Shown here: positions 37,380-49,437 of the stretch, piece by piece | Layout: each line of letters starts with the position of its first letter | Position numbering within the stretch: position 1 is the first letter of the stretch | NCBI GenBank assembly: GCA_026770705.1 | Contig: JANJGN010000021.1 | Location: forward strand, 12,276,001 to 12,340,000 | Length of the DNA stretch: 64,000 nt | Reading direction: 5' to 3' | DNA from: Isurus oxyrinchus | Lineage: Eukaryota | Made by a program: the position numbers and the translations under genes | The notes under the pieces: model-generated | Told to the model about the DNA's origin: nothing | Database searches by the model: none | Seen by the model: only the letters and a program-made list of their open reading frames with translations

Positions 37380-38842
37380 TGCCAGGGTAAGGGAAAGCTG
37401 TCTGATACCTGGAAGGCCCCAAGTGTTATGACTCCTCCAGAGTCCCGAACTGAAGCCTGTTATTTCTGTCAAAGCAGCTCTGAAGTGAAGTGAAGTTGTC
37501 CTTTTCACACAAGCAAGCAGCAGCAACTTATAACCTAAAGTACTAACAGCTCACACATTAGCGAGTCCGCTCACCCCTCTTATCCTGCCCGTGGATGAGG
37601 TTTTTGAAAATGTGGCCTACCCGCCTGCCTGTTGCGCTTGTGCGACCCCCTGAAAATCTCACGGGCTGCGCAAAATCAAAGACAACTGGTGCCTCAAGGG
37701 CCTTAACTGACCCGGTAATTAGTGGCGGGCGCGCCTCTGTCCTCATCGTTCGCCCGCCTAGCGAAACATCGCGACAGTGCGCAGTGACATCAGGATGCAC
37801 GCCCGACATCATCGTGGATCATTTCACATTCTGATGTGTCAGACCCACCCCCCACACACCAAATATAAAATTCTGCCCATTATTTTACTTAGACCAGGTT
37901 AAGTACAGGTTCAGTAAACTATCCTCTTTTCGTTTTTAAAAACTCAGAAACCTGTCTGTGTGTGTCGTTTATAGCTGCAGCACACAAACAGTTAAACTCT
38001 CACTGAACAGTATCCTTTTAAAGAGAAGCAATAGCAGCCAAATGAGGAGTGGGGTAAAAAGTGGGGGGGGGGGAGGGGGGGTGGGTGCTGGGGGCATCTC
38101 ACCCCTTCTCACCTGATTGCAACAACTCCATGAATTATGTACTCAAGCATCAGTCTACATGATGTGCTCGAATAGGCTGCAACCCTTTCTACATCATAAC
38201 CATAACAACACTGCAAACATATTCAATTGAGTGTAAAGTGCTTTGGGAGGTCCTGAGGTCATGAAAGGCATTAAATAAATGGAAACCCTTCTTGGAATGG
38301 GCTTAAACCTTCTGATTCATTAAGGTGTTATCAACTGACACATGCGTAACTGTTACTTGTGAGCCTTATTCCTCAGCACAATAACAAATATTTAACGGCA
38401 GGATTTTTCCATCAAAACAACTCCTAAGCCTCTGTGGTAATTTTTTGGACCTAGTTGCTCCGGCCTTTTTAATCTCCCTGTTAAATGGACAGAGATGTAC
38501 TGAGTTCTGCACCCTGACTACTCTGGAGGCCTTGCACCATCCCTAGCGATGTAAATGTCAGCCGGCTTATCTCGGCTTTCACCACTAATTTTATCAACAA
38601 CGAACCAAAAGTTCTCAAGCTATAGTTTTAACTCTGTTTACCAAAATGTTCTGTGGTTCTTAAATAAGGCACATGATGAGAAGATTTATCTTGATAAACA
38701 AACGTGAAGACAGAATTGCAATGGTTGTTCTGCAATGTGACACCATAAACATGTTCCACTTGAGTGCACTTACAATCTTGCCGCATGCAGTAACCGGGAT
38801 AATGTTTCCACCTTACGATTCAGGCTTATAGCGGAATCTTGT

Positions 38843-38970
38843 GGAGGAATTTTACGGGGGGGTTTGCTGGTCCCGCCGAAGTCAATGGACTTTTGAACAG
38901 CTCACTGGATTTACAGCCCCACACCCACCCTCCCCCCCACAACGCCATGATGGGACCATTAAATTCCACC
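38843..38970. mobile_element. Short Harbinger-type MITE
   Basis: ggaggaattta ... taaattccacc termini. Confidence 0.45.
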
Positions 38971-39086
38971 TTTAGACTTGGAGCCGTCTGCTCCTCTAAA
39001 CCTCCTAATTTTAGACAATTTAGTTGTGGTGTGGCAGGGAGAAATGGGCTGTCCCACGTTGTGAACAGAATATGGGTGGTAACACG

Positions 39087-39653
39087 GGCCAGGATTTTTC
39101 AATCGGCGTGCGGGAGGGGGGGTGGAGTCAGCTACGCGGCCCGCCAATATTAAAAGGCCTATTAAGGCCGTTAACGAAGTAATTAAGTTCAACTTTACGC
39201 TTTATGCCAAGTGGTCTTCTACATTTTTTTAGGAAGCCTCATCCATGATCAGGATAAGATTTCCGAAAGATTTTACAACTTAAATAAAATGTTTCTATGA
39301 AAAATAAAAACATGTCCCATCTCGTGTGACACAGTCGCGTGAGGTGGGACACGTTTCACTAAATTTTCATTGTTTTTATTTATTTTTTTAACATTTGCTT
39401 CAATCTCCCTGAGGCAGCTCCGTGCCTCAGGGAGATTGAAGCTCTTCTTTCGCATGCATGCGCAATAGGGCCCTGGACCTGCCTCTCCCTCCTCCATCCA
39501 TCCCCCTCCCCCACCCGCCCCGGTCCCACTCAGTGGTAACGCTCACGTATTACACTGGGTGGGCGTAAAATGGCGGGGCGGAGCCAATCACGGGCGGTAG
39601 TCTCCCCCGCCCACTCCTATCGAGCCTGTCCCAATGTGGGAAAGATTCTGCCC
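39087..39653. mobile_element. Harbinger MITE (family of 50671, 57192, 62608)
   Basis: TIR ggccaggattt / aagattctgccc; shared internal palindromes. Confidence 0.85.
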
Positions 39654-39934
39654 ATCGACTGCAATGGGGAAGAGATTACCAAAGACAATGAATGAGGAAA
39701 AGGACCTCTGGTTCCCCCCCTCTCTCCTCGGTCCTAATGACGGGCTGAGCTGAGGCATTTGAACAAAGCTGTGTTTTGATCTTCAGGGGGCATTGTTCCC
39801 GTTAACCGTAGCTTCTCCTTGCTCAGGTCCTGTGCTGTGTCCAGGTGTGGAAGCATCACAGAATTACTTGGTTGTGTAGGGATCGGGGGGTCCCATTGGA
39901 AAGCAGACATTATTGACCCTGATCCCAGAAAATA

Positions 39935-40400
39935 GGGTACATAGGATATACGGCACAGAAACAGGCCATTCAGCCCAATCAGTCCATTCTGGCATTTATG
40001 CTTCACTCAAGCTTCCTCCCATCTTTCCTTATTTCAATCTATCATCGTAACCCTCTACTCCCTTCTGCCTCATACGCTTTCTCTCTAATGCATCTATACT
40101 ATTCACTTCAACCACTCCCTGTGGTAACGCGCCCCATGTTCTCACCACTCTCTGGGTAAAGAAGTTTCTTCTGCGTTCCCTATTGGATTTCTTGGGGACT
40201 ATCTTATAATGATGGCCTCTAGTTCTGCTCTTCCCCAAGAGGAAACATTCCCTCTGTATCCACTCTATCAAAACCTTTCAGAATTTTAAACACCTCTATG
40301 AGGTCACCCCTTGGCCTTTCTTTCTCAAGAGAAAAGAGTCACAGGCTTTCAATCCTTTCCTGATGTTTATACCCACATGTTTCTGGCATTGTTCTTGTAA
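39935..40400 (-). mobile_element. CR1 LINE 3' fragment
   Basis: SRTRGHHYKI...RRNFFTQRVVRTWGALPQGVVEVNSIDA. Confidence 0.88.
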
Positions 40401-41362
40401 TTTGATTGGGAGTCATGATGGGATTAAAGCAATGGGCTGAGGCACCAATCTGACTGGACCATCAGTGTATTACTTCAGAGGAAAACCTAGATTTATACGT
40501 CAGTCAATAATCCCAGGAAATAAGTGTGTAGTCGTCATTATCTTACCTCTTTGAGGACCGCAGTGTTGCAACTTTTATTGAATCACTCATTTCCCTTTAT
40601 CTGTGATTCTTATTAAAATCTCTCAACTGTTTCATTTTCTTCCAGTAAAAACATAGTTTATTTGTGACGCACTGAATTCCTTACTAAATATTGTGAATAG
40701 ATGGAAAAATAGAATCATAGAATAATTAGTTACTTAGCCCATTGTAGCTGTGTCTGCTCTTTGGCAGAAATTTGGTAGAGCTATCCAATTAATGCCACTC
40801 AATTTGGACTCAATAAGGTGTATAAATGGACAATAGAGTTCTTAGAAAGAAAGAATTTGTAGTGATCAATGATGAACTAAGTAGTGGCACAAAGCATTCC
40901 AGAGACCAGAATGAGAAATGGAGAAATAATCATAGATCTCAAAATATTACACTTAATAATCTGGTGAAGTAGGGAATAAGATGTGAACAGTTAGCGAACT
41001 TGTCTGAAATTCCTCTCTCAGCTATATTAGTCCAGGTATTGCTGTAGATGTTTTAAACAAGGTAATATCTGTATTAGAATAGCAGAGAGAGAAGTTTCAG
41101 ATGAACATATTAGGTATCCATACTTATTATCTCACCGTGCAGTTCTAAGGATGCAGTTATTAAACACAGGAGGGCGAGTAACATAATGACTAGCTTTCAG
41201 TTCTTCTTTAGTATAGAATTTGTGCAGTATTGATAGGGCAGGAATAATGGGAAAATTCTGTAAATTCAAAAAAGTGATGTTTTTAACTTATCGGAACCTG
41301 CAGAATTGTAGAAGACAGCTGAGAACAGCAATGAGCCAGCCAGTAGCACTTGATGGTGATCC

Positions 41363-41787
41363 ACTGGCCCAGTGGGTAGTGCTCTCAACTTGGATTGTGG
41401 ATTTAAGTCCAACTCCAGAGACTTGGACGCAAAATCCTGAGGCTGACACTCCAATGCAGTGCTGAGGGAATGCTCCACTGTTGGAGGGGCTGTCTTCTGG
41501 ATGAGGTGTTAAGCTGAGTCCCTGACTGTGCTCTCAGGTGCATGTAAAAGGTTCCAGGGCACTACTCTGAAGAACTTGACAGTTACTCCTGGTGTTGTGC
41601 CAATATTTAGCCCTTAATTACAATCACTAAAACAGACTATCAGGTCATTATCGTATTGCTGGTCTGTGGGAACCTGCTGTGCACACATTGTCTGCTGTGG
41701 TTTCTGCATTACAACAGTGGCTCGAAAGTGCTTTGCGACATCCTAAGGTTGTGAAAGGTGCCATATAAATGCAAGCCTTTTTTTTTA
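41363..41787 (+). mobile_element. Deu-type SINE, full length
   Basis: tggcccagtgggtag...ggatttaagtcc head; same body as 15393; tail gtgccatataaatgcaag. Confidence 0.8.
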
Positions 41788-42054
41788 TCGGAACGTTTAG
41801 CGTGTTCCATCAGCATTTGCTGACATAAATCTGTCTTTTCTACTCAATCCACATCTTGTCTTAAGTTCGTCTTTAGCTGTGTCCACATGACTATGTGATC
41901 CAAATTGCCTTCTGATCACCTAACTTCTGACAGCAGACTGTTAAGGAGGTCAAAATTGTTGCCATGCAGTGTTATTTTGAAGTATCTGAATGTACAAAAA
42001 GGATACGAGTACTCTTTGTTCTCAGTGAAGGGCTACATCCAATTTAACTTTTAT

Positions 42055-45000
42055 TTAAATTCGTTCATGTGGGCATTTATTGCCCATTCCTATTTGCCCT
42101 TGAGGTGGTGGTGGTGAGCTGCCTTCTTGAACTGCTGCAGTCCATGTGGTGTAGGTACACCCACAGTGCTGTTAGGGAGGGAGTTCTAGGATTTTGACCC
42201 AATGATAGTGAAGGAACTGCGACCTATTTCCAAGTCAGGATGGTGGGTGACTTGGAGGGGAACTTGCAGGTGGTGGTGTTCCCATTAATCTGTTGCTCTG
42301 TCCTTCTGGATGGTAGGGGTCATGGGTTTGGAAGGGGTTGTCGAAGGAGCCTTGGTGAATTCCTGCCATGTATCTTATAGATGATGCACACTGTTGCCAC
42401 TGTGCATTGGTGGCGGAGGGAGTGAATGCTTATGGTGGTAGATGGAGTGCCAGTCAAGCAGGCTGCTTTGTCCTGCACAGTGTTGAGCTTTTTGAGTGTT
42501 TTTGGAGCTGCATTCATCCAGGCAAGTGGTATTTCATTACACTCCTGACTTGTGCCTTGTAGATGTTGGACAGGCTTTGGAAAGTCAGGAGGTGAGTTAC
42601 TCTCCGCAGAATTCCCAGCCTCTGACCTGCTCTTGTAGCCACAGTATTTATATGGCTAGTCCAGTTCAGTTTCTGGTCAATGGTCAATGTTGATAGTGGG
42701 GAATTCAGTGATAGTAATGCCATTGAATTTCAAGGGGAAATGGTTAGATTCTCTCTTGTTGGAGATAATCATGGCTTGGCACTTGTGTGGCACGAATGTT
42801 ACTTGCCACCTGTCAGCCCCTGCGTGAATATTGTCCAGGTCTTGCTGCATACGGACACAGACTGCTTCAGTATTTGAGGATTAGCATATTGTGCTGAATG
42901 CTGTGCAATCATCAGCGAACATCCCATTTCTGACCTTATGATAGAGGGAAGTAATTGATGAAGCAGCTGAAGATGGTTGGGTCTAGGACACTACCCTGAG
43001 GAACTCCTGCAGCGATGTCCTGGAGCTGAGGTGACTGACCTCCAACAACCACAACCATCTTCCTTTGTGCTAGGAATGACTCCAACCAGCAGAGAGCTTT
43101 CACCTCCTGATTCCCATCGACTCCAGTTTTGCTAGGGCTCCTTGATGTCACACTCAGTTAAATACCGCCTTGATGTCAAGGGCAGTCACTCTCACCTCAC
43201 CTTGGGAGTTCAGCACTTTTGTCCATGTTTGAACTAAGGCTGCCAAGAGGTCAGGAGCTGAGTGAGCCTGGTGGAACCCAACTTGAGCATCAGTGAGCAG
43301 GTTATTGCTAAGCAAGTACACTTGATAACACTATTGATGACCCCTTCCATCACTTTACTGATGATCAAGAGTACACTGATGGGATGGTAATTGGCCGGGT
43401 TGGATATGTCCTGCCTTTTGTGTACAGGATATACCTGGGCAATTTTCCACATTGCTGGGTAGATGCCAGTGTTGTAGCTGCACTGGAACAGCTTGGCTAG
43501 GGATGCGGCAAGTTCTGGAACACAAGGCTTCAGTACTATTGCCGGAATATTGTCAGGGATGCCTTTGCGGTATCCAGTGCCTTCAGCCATTTCTTGAAAT
43601 CATATGGAGTGAATCAAATCAGCTGAAGACTGGCATCTGTGATGCTGGGGACCTCCAGAAGAGGCTGAGATGGGTCATCCACTCAGTACTCCTGGCTGAA
43701 GATTATTGTGAATGCTTCAGCCTTTTCTTTTGCACTGATATGCTCAGCTCCTCCATCTTTGAGGATGGTGATATTTGTGGACCTTCTGTCTCCAATTAGT
43801 TGTTTGATTATCCATCACTGTCATGAAGCTATTAATGTATATAATATTATTGGAAAATATTTTTCTTTTAAAAAGGTTTTGTCTGTGGGTGTGTCTTAAT
43901 TGGATTAAAGCCAGTTTGACTGGGTGCTTTGATGTGTACTAGTTTTGAGATGGAAGAGGGATAGAGTGCATTTGCATTTTTTTGAATGGAGCATTCAAGA
44001 AGTGGGGTGAATTCTGGCACATAGCAAGCAGAGACCAAGCAAAATGTGTTTATATTGCTAATAAAATTGGTACTATGAAAAGGGTTTTATTGTTAGAAGA
44101 GACTGGTGATACAATGAGAATTTACATTCAATGGGCTGTGCTAGGTATGACAGGACAACCGTTTTGTGTGTGTAGGGCAGAGGCAATGTGAGATCAAAAG
44201 CAGCTGTAAGCCTCCAGCTGTCTCCATGGAAAGCAAAGTGAAAAGAACCACATTTTGAATTCGTCAGGTGAAAATGCTTTGCCTGGTGCCTGGTTAAGTC
44301 TATGAGTTGCTATTGCCTTAATGGAGATTAGTTTGGGAATTTGTTCAAAGTTATGATCGTAGTACTTTGTAGCCATGTGTATATATTTAACTTGTGTAAA
44401 TTAATAAAACGTTTCATTTAGTTCAATATAAAACCTCTAGAGAACTGGTGGTATGATTCCTGAATTTAGAGTTGTATCTCAAACATAACATTTAAATTGT
44501 AAGTTTTGACAATTGTTTAAAGTTTCCCTCTGGGATTTTTAAAAAAATAACTCAGTTTTACCAACTGCTCAGTCATAACCACCATTCATGAATGGATGCG
44601 GCAGGACTGCAGAGCTTAGAACCATTAGCTGTGGGATTGTTTAGCTCTGTCTATCACTTGCTGCTAATGCTGTTTGGCACGCATGTAGTCCTGTGTTATA
44701 GCTTCACAATGTTGACACCTCATTTTTAGGTATGCCTGGTGCTGCTCCTGACATAACCTCCTGCACTCTTCAGCTTGGTGGTAATGGTAGGCCAGGCCTG
44801 AGGTTACAGAATATGTTTGAGTGCAATTCTGCTGCTGCTGATGGCCCACAGTGCCTCATGGTTGTCCAGTCTTGCGTTACTAGATCTGTTCGAAATCTAT
44901 CCCATTTAGCACGGTGGTAGTGCCACATAACATGATGGAGGGTATCCTCAATGTGAAGATGGGACTTTGTTCCACAATGACTGTGCAGTGGTCACTCCCA

Positions 45001-45840
45001 CCGATACGGTCACGGATCTCCAGCAGGCAGGTTGGTGAGGATGAGGTCAAGTATGTTTTTCCCTCTTGTTGGTTCCCTCACCCAGTCTAGCAGCTATGTC
45101 ATTTAGGACTCGGCCAGCTCGGTCTGAGATGGTACTACTGAGCTACCCTCAGTGCATCCTCCAAGTGCTGTTCAACATGGAGGAGTATTGATTCATCAGC
45201 TGAGTGGGGGGACAGTATGGGGTAATCAGCAGGTTTCCTTGCTCATGTTTGACCTGATGCCATGAGACCTCATGGGGTTCAGTGTCAATGTTGAGGACTC
45301 CCAGGGCAACTTCCTCCCAACTATATACCATAGTGCAACACCTCTGCTGGGTCTGTCCTGCTGGTGGGACAGGACTTATGTCAGGCTATTGCTCAACTAG
45401 TCTGTGATACAGTTCTCCCAATTTTGGCACAAGACCCCAGATGTTAATAAGTTGGACTTTGCAGAATAGACAGGGCTGAGTTTGCTGTTGTCATTTCCAG
45501 TGTCAATATCAGGGCCAGGTGGTCTGTCCAGTTACATTCCTTATTGTTTTTTAAGCAGTTTAATCCAACTGAGTGGCTTGCTAGGCCAGAGGGCATTTAA
45601 GATTCAACCACATTGCTGTGGAACTGGAGTCACTGGTAGGCCAGACCAGGTAAGGACTATAGATTTCCTTCCCTGAAGGACATTAGTGAACCAGATGGGT
45701 TTTTAATAACAATCAGCAATGGTTTCATTATCATCATTAGATATTTGCCATGGTGGGATTTGAACCCAGGTCCCAGAGAGTTACCCTGGGTCTCTAGATT
45801 ACTAGTCCAGTGACAATACCACTACACTACCACCTCCCCA
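42055..45840 (-). mobile_element. CR1-like LINE, decayed and internally deleted, with a tRNA-like 5' head, endonuclease and RT; interrupted by a solo LTR
   Basis: A box 45819-45829, B box 45756-45766; NIWGLVPKLGEL endonuclease start near 45440; ANYHPIS, AGVPQGSVLDP, FADD, YKAQVRSVM; 3' tail near 42060. Confidence 0.85.
43819..44579 (+). mobile_element. Solo LTR inserted in the LINE
   Basis: Termini tgtcatga / tcataac; aataaa at 44403; host LINE rejoins across it (tccatcac | caccattc). Confidence 0.75.
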
Positions 45841-46475
45841 TAGTAAGTGCCACTTGATAGCACTGTCAACAGCACCTTCCATCATTTTGCTAATAATCAA
45901 GGGTAGGCTGATGGGGCGGTAATTTTTCGGGTTGGGTTTGTCCTGCTTTTTGTGGACAGAACATAACTGGACAATTTCCCACATAGCTGGGCAGATGCCA
46001 GTGTTGTAGCTGTACTGGAACAGCTTGGCTGGGGGCATGGCTAGCTTTCAAGCACAAACTTTCAATACAATTGCCAGAATGTTGTTAAGACCCAAAACCT
46101 TTGCAGTATCTTGTTTCTTGTTATCCCATGAGTGAATCTGTGATGCTGGGGACCTCAGGAGGAGGCCGAGATGCATTATCAACTCGGCACTTCTGACTGA
46201 AGATGGTCGCAAACGCTCCAGGCTAGTCTTTAGCACTGAAATGCTGGGCTCCCTCACCATTGAGGATGGGGGTGTTTGTGGAGCCTTCTCCTCCTGTTAG
46301 TTGCTTAATTATTCACCACCATTCAAAACTGCATGTGACAGGACAGCAGAGCTTGGATCTGATCCGTTGCTTGTGCGATTGCTTGGCTCTATCTGTCTAT
46401 CGCAAGCTGCTTCCGCTGTCTGACATACATGCAGTCCTGTGTTGTAGCTTCACCAGGTGACACCTCATTTTTGAG
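45841..46475 (-). mobile_element. Internal fragment of a second copy of the same CR1-like LINE
   Basis: AKLFQYSYNTGICPAMWEI...NYRPISL parallels 43300-43800 and 44580-44730. Confidence 0.85.
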
Positions 46476-47830
46476 CTGCAAATTCAACATTGTTCTAAAG
46501 ATACATCACCAGATCCTTTATCAATGCATTCCAGCTCCATGGTCTGTCTATGAGACGGAAGACTGTGAAAAGAGGAATGAAATAAGCTTTTTACTGTTCC
46601 CCATCCTGTTTGACATATTCATTATGATGTGTTGGATATATCGGCAAGAGATGGCTTCAGGGTATCTATTCTGAGCTTGTATAGAAAAATGTTGTGCTCA
46701 TTTTGATCCATGATATTATGGTTGTTGGAAAAAAACTCTCCTGGACATCATTGCGCTCCACGAGCTATCATTTTTACTTCAAAGGCAGAACTACAGTAGA
46801 TCCAAGGTGCTGAAAATGGAATGGGGATTGGCAAGAATCGAGATTGTCTGGAGAAGCATTCCCCTGGTATACAAATGCCTTCTGCATTCAGTTCCCTCTC
46901 CAAAAACATCTGAACCTGCCACTGGAAAAATTTCTTGGAGGAGAAATTGATTTACATAGCACCACCGTTACATCATTCAGCTCCACGTGGGCCACACAGG
47001 TAGCGTATCTGAGACTGCTGCCTTCGGGTTTTGCGGCTAGTCTTCATGGTACCATTAGAAGTACAAGAAGGAAATCCCCCCTTTCAGTTTTGGACGCTCA
47101 TAATTTTCCTTTCTGTAGAACTGATTGAACATTGGATACTCAAGTTCCAGCAAGTTCATGTCCCACTGCACTCTCATTGTAGCTACTCGTTTTTGACAAA
47201 TTACAGGTGAGGCTGTTGGGTTTTGGTTTTCAAAGAAAACCAAAACAATTTGAGGAATGTGATCCTCAAAACATTGGTGGAAACCATGAAACCTCTTGAA
47301 ATATTAAAGGAATTTGACTTATTCCATCATTGTAAAACAATGAAAGGCTTTAGCCTCATTTTTAAGTTGGTGGCCGAGAGCTGCTCACATAAGTGTTTCC
47401 TGTGAATGTGTACAATCTCGAGGCTCAGATGGTATTTCCAAACCACTTATAATCTATGGTCTGTGATATCTGAAACTGTAAACAAAGTTATTGCTGCGTA
47501 ATGCATCTTCTTCCTGTTTTCTGTAACTGAAAAATCTTTCTCACACAACGAGCGGTTCAGGTCTGGAATGCGCTGCCTGGAAGTGTGGTGCAGGCAGGTT
47601 CAATCGAGGCATTCAAGAGGGCATTGGATGATTATTTGAATGGAAACAACGTGCAGGGTCACGGAGAAAAGGCAGGGCAATGGCACTAGATCATAATGCT
47701 CGTTCAGAGAGCTGGTGCAGACACGATGGGCTGAAAAGCCTGCTGTGCTGTTAAAATTCTCTGATTCTGTGAAGGAAGCATTCTACTCATTTTCAGTGTG
47801 ATGGAAGTGTAAATTATGAAGCTAATGAAT
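46476..47830 (+). pseudogene. Highly decayed non-LTR reverse transcriptase, clade uncertain
   Basis: With frameshifts: VKRGMK*(G)FLLFPILFDIFI (46562-46623), HDIMVVG in place of ADD (46709), NYSRSKVLK, and a CFLC knuckle split by a CR1 piece. Confidence 0.55.
47525..47770 (+). mobile_element. CR1 LINE 3' fragment
   Basis: FLTQRAVQVWNALPGSVVQAGSIEAFKRALDDYL; tail attctctgattctgtg. Confidence 0.85.
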
Positions 47831-49437
47831 GTCCACTCCATCAACAAATTCTCAAGCTTGTGAGGAACACAATCGGCATTCGTTACAATCCATTACTTCC
47901 CAGTGTGTATTTGTTGTATTGATTCTCAAAAGTATTTGCATTCACAAATAGTTTTCAGTTAAAACTATGGGTATCTTCACAGGCACCAGAGTGATGGAGT
48001 TCAATAAATGTACTTTGCTGCTGATACTGGCAGTGGAGGACTTACATGCTCATGGAAGATCATAAAACCAAGTTAAACAGCGATGGGTGTGAGGCCTAAA
48101 ACAGGGCGTAGTCTTGCATCTGGCACTGTGAAACTTCTGAGGACAGAATGAGATGGTACCACAAGTATGCATGATGTTTTATGTTAATAGCTGTCTCTTT
48201 GGTTAAGTTCCACCAATAACAGGCCCATATAAAATAGATGCATTGGAAGTACTGGGATTGTTCAAGTTGGTTCTTAAAGGCAGTTAACAGCTGAAGCTGT
48301 TATTAAAACTGTTTGAGTCTTTTCAGTTATATTTTGCTGCATTTGTTCCCTTTGTTGACTAATTTGTATTTTTGCATTTCTCCCCCCCCAATATTTCCTG
48401 CAGTATCCTTGGCTGCTGTTGTCTGGTGCAAATTGCAAATGACTGTGGGTGGCAATTTCTTTGGAGTTTCCATAGTGTAGCACGTTATGAATGAAAAAGA
48501 CATGTTGATCAAGAGACGAAAATTGTCAATGCAATGACACATTAAACTTCCGTCACTACCCTGGGAGCTTCATTCATAGATATGTATCAGGGCTTGTTCG
48601 AGGAGACCAGTTCTTGCTGCATCCACTTCACTAAATATATTTGATCATCTGCAAACAACAGCTGGAAGAGGGATCGTTCTTTCAGTGGAAGCAAAGGTTA
48701 CCACAATGTGAAGTTTGCATGGAGCTGAGTGTGTCCAAGCCATGGCAGGTTACATTTACCTTCTCAGGCAAATCGTGTTGCACATCTATAATCAAAGAAG
48801 TTTCAGATACTTTGCTTACAATGACAACACCTTTATACGGACATATATGCATACGAACGCACGAATTAGGAGCAGGAGTAAACCATTTGTCACCTCAAGT
48901 CTGCTTCTCCATTCAATAAGAACATGGTTGTTCTGATTATGGCCTCAACTCTACATTCCGCTTACCGTCCATACCCTTTAACTCCCTTGTTAGTCAAGAA
49001 TCTATCTATCACTGCCTTAAAAATGTTAATTGACCCCGCCTCCACCGCTTTCTGGAGCAGAGAGTTCCAAAGGTTCACGAACCTCAGAGAAAAAAAACTC
49101 TCAACTCCATGGGAGACCCATTATTTTTAAACCGTATCCTCTAGTTCTACACTCTCCCATAAGGGGAAACGTCCTCTCAGCATTCACCCTGTCAAGCTTT
49201 CTCAGGATTTTATATGTTTCAATAAGATCACTTCTCAATCTTCTAAACTCCAGTGAATACAGGCCCAGCCTGTCCACATGAGATAAGCAGCCCTCCCCCA
49301 CCATCCCAAGTATCTGTCTTCTCAGAACTGCCTCTAGCGCATTTATATCCATTCTTAAATAAGGAGATCAAAACTGTACACAGTACTCTAGATAATGTCT
49401 GTACAATTGTAGCAAAACATCCCTGCTTTTATATTCC

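Larger units (their letters stand above)
33699..37878. mobile_element. Autonomous-type PIF/Harbinger DNA transposon with two convergent genes, now degenerate
   Basis: TIR ggccaggattttat / ataaaattctgccc; Myb/SANT gene on +, DDE transposase on -. Confidence 0.92.
32772..38124 (+). mobile_element. Probable solo LTR split by the assembly gap and the Harbinger element
   Basis: Termini tgttgtgaaacca / tgattgcaaca; LTR-like non-coding body; TSD not evident. Confidence 0.45.

Noticed and set aside
40544-40605. Possible minus-strand exon MSDSIKVATLRSSK ending at GTAAG
   Set aside because: Too short, no partner exons, and the resemblance to kinesin N-termini lacks the VRVRP motif
45750-45840. tRNA gene
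   Set aside because: A/B boxes belong to a retroelement head with extended spacing and no proper cloverleaf; same for 15393, 29105 and 41363
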